Below are positions 60,130-64,000 of a stretch of DNA of 64,000 bases, piece by piece. Position 1 is the stretch's first letter. Every line of letters starts with the position of its first letter. The notes beneath the pieces were generated by a model, which saw only the letters and a program-made list of their open reading frames with translations, was not told the origin of the DNA and did not search any database. The stretch is from positions 4,092,001 to 4,156,000 of the forward strand of contig JBHGNT010000014.1 in assembly GCA_043228905.1 (NCBI GenBank), written 5' to 3'. This DNA comes from Azolla caroliniana (Eukaryota > Plantae > Polypodiophyta). The position numbers and the translations under genes were made by a program.

Positions 60130-63100
60130 TTGTTCTGAATCGGGAAATCGACTGTATAATCTGCTTACAAAGAACACATACAATTGCTCTCAAGCCCGAT
60201 GAAGGTCCCCTTCCTAGAGGATGAATCGAATTGAATCAAAAATCAACCGGAATGACTGAATCACACATTTACAATCGAGAGAAAATGGGGATGATGAACA
60301 AATCAAGCTCACGATTATTTCCACAAGTAGCTCACATTATTGCCCTAGATCAGGAGGAGGAGGAGATCAATAGGAAACTTAGGAGCATTAGGATCCTTTT
60401 TTTTGAAAGGGAAATCTGAGGTTTTCTGGTTGCTAATGTTAAATTATTATAGTTTTGAAGCATATGGACAATACATTTTCATAACACAAATGAAAATCAA
60501 ATGAAATTAATCAGAGTTTTTTGCCCCCTTGAATATTATGATACAAAATGAACTAAATACATGCAATTCCATGTTTGCGGATAGGATATGATCTGATCGG
60601 CCTATGTAATTCATCGAATAATCGTGATCGGGACTGTGTATATACACATATATAATTGTATTGCAATGAGAGAAATCCTTCCTAGTTTTCTAGCATTGTT
60701 TTCAACTTTCGAAAGAAATCATCTTCCTATGGGGAGCTAATGACACCCCGAATTAGCTAATGACACCCTGAATTAACTAATGACACCCCCAATTTCTCAA
60801 AATTTGGGCATCCTTTTCACTTTGAAGTGATTGTTCCTTCCATGAGAAGCTAATGAGATCTCAATGTTGGATGGAAAGGCTAATGATCCTTAAAAACATT
60901 TCATCAAGACAAATCCTTGTTATGTGGAAGCTAATGCTATACCTCCCCATACTTTGGGCACATGCTTAGAGATTGAATCATTCATGGATGTGGAAAAGTA
61001 AAGTCTGTTTTTCACCATTTCATGTAAGAATGATGATCCGATAAGAATGTTTTTCACCATTTCATGTACGAATGATGATCCCACCACCGATGAATTTAGA
61101 GATGTCCACTATATATCTAAGTCAGTCTACAAATAAAAAGGAGTTACAATGGGTAACTAATAATTATGATATTTAAAAAGGGCGAAACCCAGTATTGTGA
61201 ATTGTTTGTTGGACAAGACATTGGACCCCAAGAAGGAATTTGAATCTTGTGTGCATGTTACAATATGAACAAAAGTCATCATAAAGTGAAAAGCCATAGA
61301 TTTTGTTTATAGTTTGAGATCAACATATACAAATAAGGAGGGGTTTTTGCACTTTTAGTGGATTGGAAACATTGACAATACATTCTTTCTTCCATGAGAG
61401 AAATGTTCGACACAATGTTTTGATTGATACCTCTCTTGCCTCTTGGAAGTACGAAGAAATGCTCTTCGATCGAGACCATGAAATGGTTTGGTAAGGATGG
61501 GACCCGACACGAACAATTTTTTTTTATATAGAGGTTCTTCTTGGGAGATGGTGTCGTGGTGTGAACGTGTCCGATCTTTCCTTAAGACTCTGAAAGTCAA
61601 ACAACTCGCTTTGGTTCCTTTCTTTTGTCGGCTCTAAACAAGCAAGCCGTCGGATGCGAGCATCCAGAACTTTCCTTCCTTTTCACTTCCCAACCCCGAA
61701 AGTCATTTGTATTGAACACTTCCTCTTTTTTGTCTTCTTGGACGGAGTCTTCTTTGACAAAGACCCCCACAAGTTTAGTTTTGGACAAGCTCGAAGACAT
61801 CATAGTTAATTCCAATTCCGTTACTTGCGGTATAATCAATATGTTTTATCATGTAAACCTTTCATGCAAATTAGCACACATGCTTCCAAATTTGTGAAAA
61901 AATATATAATAAGCAAGCACATTTAAATAAACATATAAACGTATATTTTTTCCACGTTGAAATCCTTCGAATAATGCATATACTATGAATAGAAGAGAGT
62001 GACTTTAGCCCAAACATCAATTGATAATGAAGAATCTGATTTTACTCTATCCATAAAACATTTGTAATCGTAAACGGAAAGCACAACGTGAATGAGAAAA
62101 TCGGCATATTGTTGTAAGCATAGTACGTAATATACTCGAATGCATTGGCAAACATTCTTTTCCATACAAATGCAAAACATATGCGTATGTTACCAAAAGA
62201 TTCTTACGTTTTTTTTAAACACTTTTTACCTTGAATTTTTTTTTACCTTATAATAAATAATGAATACAAAAGTATGGTATTTACCATACTTCAAGGGTGT
62301 TTACCATACTCGAATGATTGAAACATTCTCAAATGTGATTGCATGTATGGTACATATGGTTCATACTACGGTTGTAAGTTTGTTTCAAGCTATTCCTCCA
62401 CCATTGTATGCATTCGGAGGAGCTTTTTCAAAAGGCTCTAGGTTGCCGTCTACATTATATCATTATAGATGCAGTATGTGCCTCAACAAAACAAATTCTC
62501 AACATTCCTCAAGGAGTGATCAATAAGAACTCATGACAAAAATGAGTAACAGAGACTATCTCATGGGAGAGAATGACCTATTGGATAGTGCCTCAAGACA
62601 ACACCTTTGCTAAAGAAGGGCATGTCATCAAGGAGCTACCTTGTAGGAGCTTCATCCTCATCAAGAGCACAAGAATCAAATCTCATATCATCCTATTGTG
62701 AAGTGTACAGTAAGTTGTGAGCTACAATCTTAGGCACATGTGCATGTTCTTGTAACATTCTCCTTCTGAACAAAGTTGATTGATGCGTTATTTTTTGCTT
62801 TTCCCATCATTGGGCTCACCAAGCAATCAATTATGAGATGCCAAAGGAACTCCTTCTATGCCTACCACGATGCTCTTGTAAAGCTTAACCTACTTTTGAA
62901 TGTTAGTTGATGTCAATGTTGAGTTTCTAGACATTTATGTTTTCGAAGGTCTTAAGCAACTTTTCCTTGAGACGATAGTGCATGCATTAGGAGGAAGAAG
63001 CAACAACATGGCTCTCTATGGAGAATACTTCTTCATTTACCCACGCTTCTTCCGTCTTTCTTAACCTAAACTTCCTTTCTTGGAGCTTGTAACCTAAACT

Positions 63101-64000
63101 TCCCTTCTTGGTGCTACTAACCCAAACTTCTTTTCTTGGTGATTCTAACCTGGCAGTATGTATGACGACCCCTATTATCTTGTCCTAAAACAGACTTTTT
63201 GACTTATCTTTGATGAGAATATGAGGCAGTCCTCTTAAGCAGGTAAGCTGAAGATGCACAAGGCAAGGAAAGAGGGATCTATTGCATTCTTTAGTGTTAC
63301 AAGCATGTAACCATTGAAGCACTACAAATAAAACATGAGAACATAAATCACGTGACAAGAAAAGGCAGACTTGCCATTATTCTTTAAGAGTTCAGTTCAT
63401 ATAATCTTCAAAGATTGAAAAATACAACAGGATGGCAGAAATCTAGCGAGTACCATGCCATGCCATAAGAGGCTCTAAATCTGTGTGCGGCAGCGCCTTG
63501 TGGAAAATATCACAATGACGATCCCAGCAGATACATAGATATGGACCAAGAAATCATGGAATGATGCCTTTATGAGACCAAGATGGTCTGGGCTCATAAT
63601 TTATATGACCAGATAGCTAGACGAATGGAAGAAAGTTTTTGTACAGTTTGAACTTTGATCTTTTATGTTCTTCATGATGAGAATCATTGATGCTGAAAAT
63701 GCCCAAGTAGCTTTCTGCGATGACCTTAACACCACGAAAAGAAGCCATATATACTAATACAAGAAGCATGTCAATCTCTCTCATAAAACCTTCTTTATGT
63801 CCTCATGAAATCTCTCTATTCCATCCAGAAATTTACGACAGCTATTCAGGACAGCCACATGAAAAGCACTTGCATTATCTAGGAAAACAAAATGCCCACC
63901 CTGCACAAAAGAAATACTCAATCATGATTCTTAAGAAAAACAATGCGTTCATAATAACTTCAATCAAAAGAGATATTATGAGCGACTACTAAAAATTAAA

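Noticed and set aside
61200-63200. Possible decayed transposon or gene remnants
   Set aside because: Short ORFs with no motif I can support; left unannotated.

Overview
This is eukaryotic, plant-type DNA, most likely from a non-seed land plant (inferred from the Tcn1-like chromovirus and RTEX-like LINEs). About 1-50 kb is a stack of nested transposons, which I resolved by LTR pairs and target-site duplications (TSDs). A non-chromovirus Ty3/gypsy element (A, 1-17123) contains a Copia solo LTR, a full-length tRNA-Trp-primed gypsy (B) and an internally deleted chromovirus (C). An RTEX-like LINE contains a self-priming Tcn1-like element (E), which in turn contains a full-length A-family element (D); the same LINE also carries a Copia element (H). 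A second, near-full-length RTEX LINE contains a young gag-only LTR element (G). The 50-64 kb part is AT-rich and holds two intronless tandem paralogs of a small uncharacterised plant protein, each followed by (AACCCT)n. Four signals stand out. (1) A-family elements have no polypurine tract; instead they carry a tRNA-Arg 3'-end-like sequence 2 nt before the 3' LTR, suggesting tRNA-primed plus-strand synthesis. (2) Element B has a -1 slippery site and pseudoknot between protease and RT. (3) Two unrelated LTRs carry antisense tRNA-like Pol III boxes. (4) A and D share a long extra ORF 3' of pol. Coordinates were read by eye and identities are estimates.
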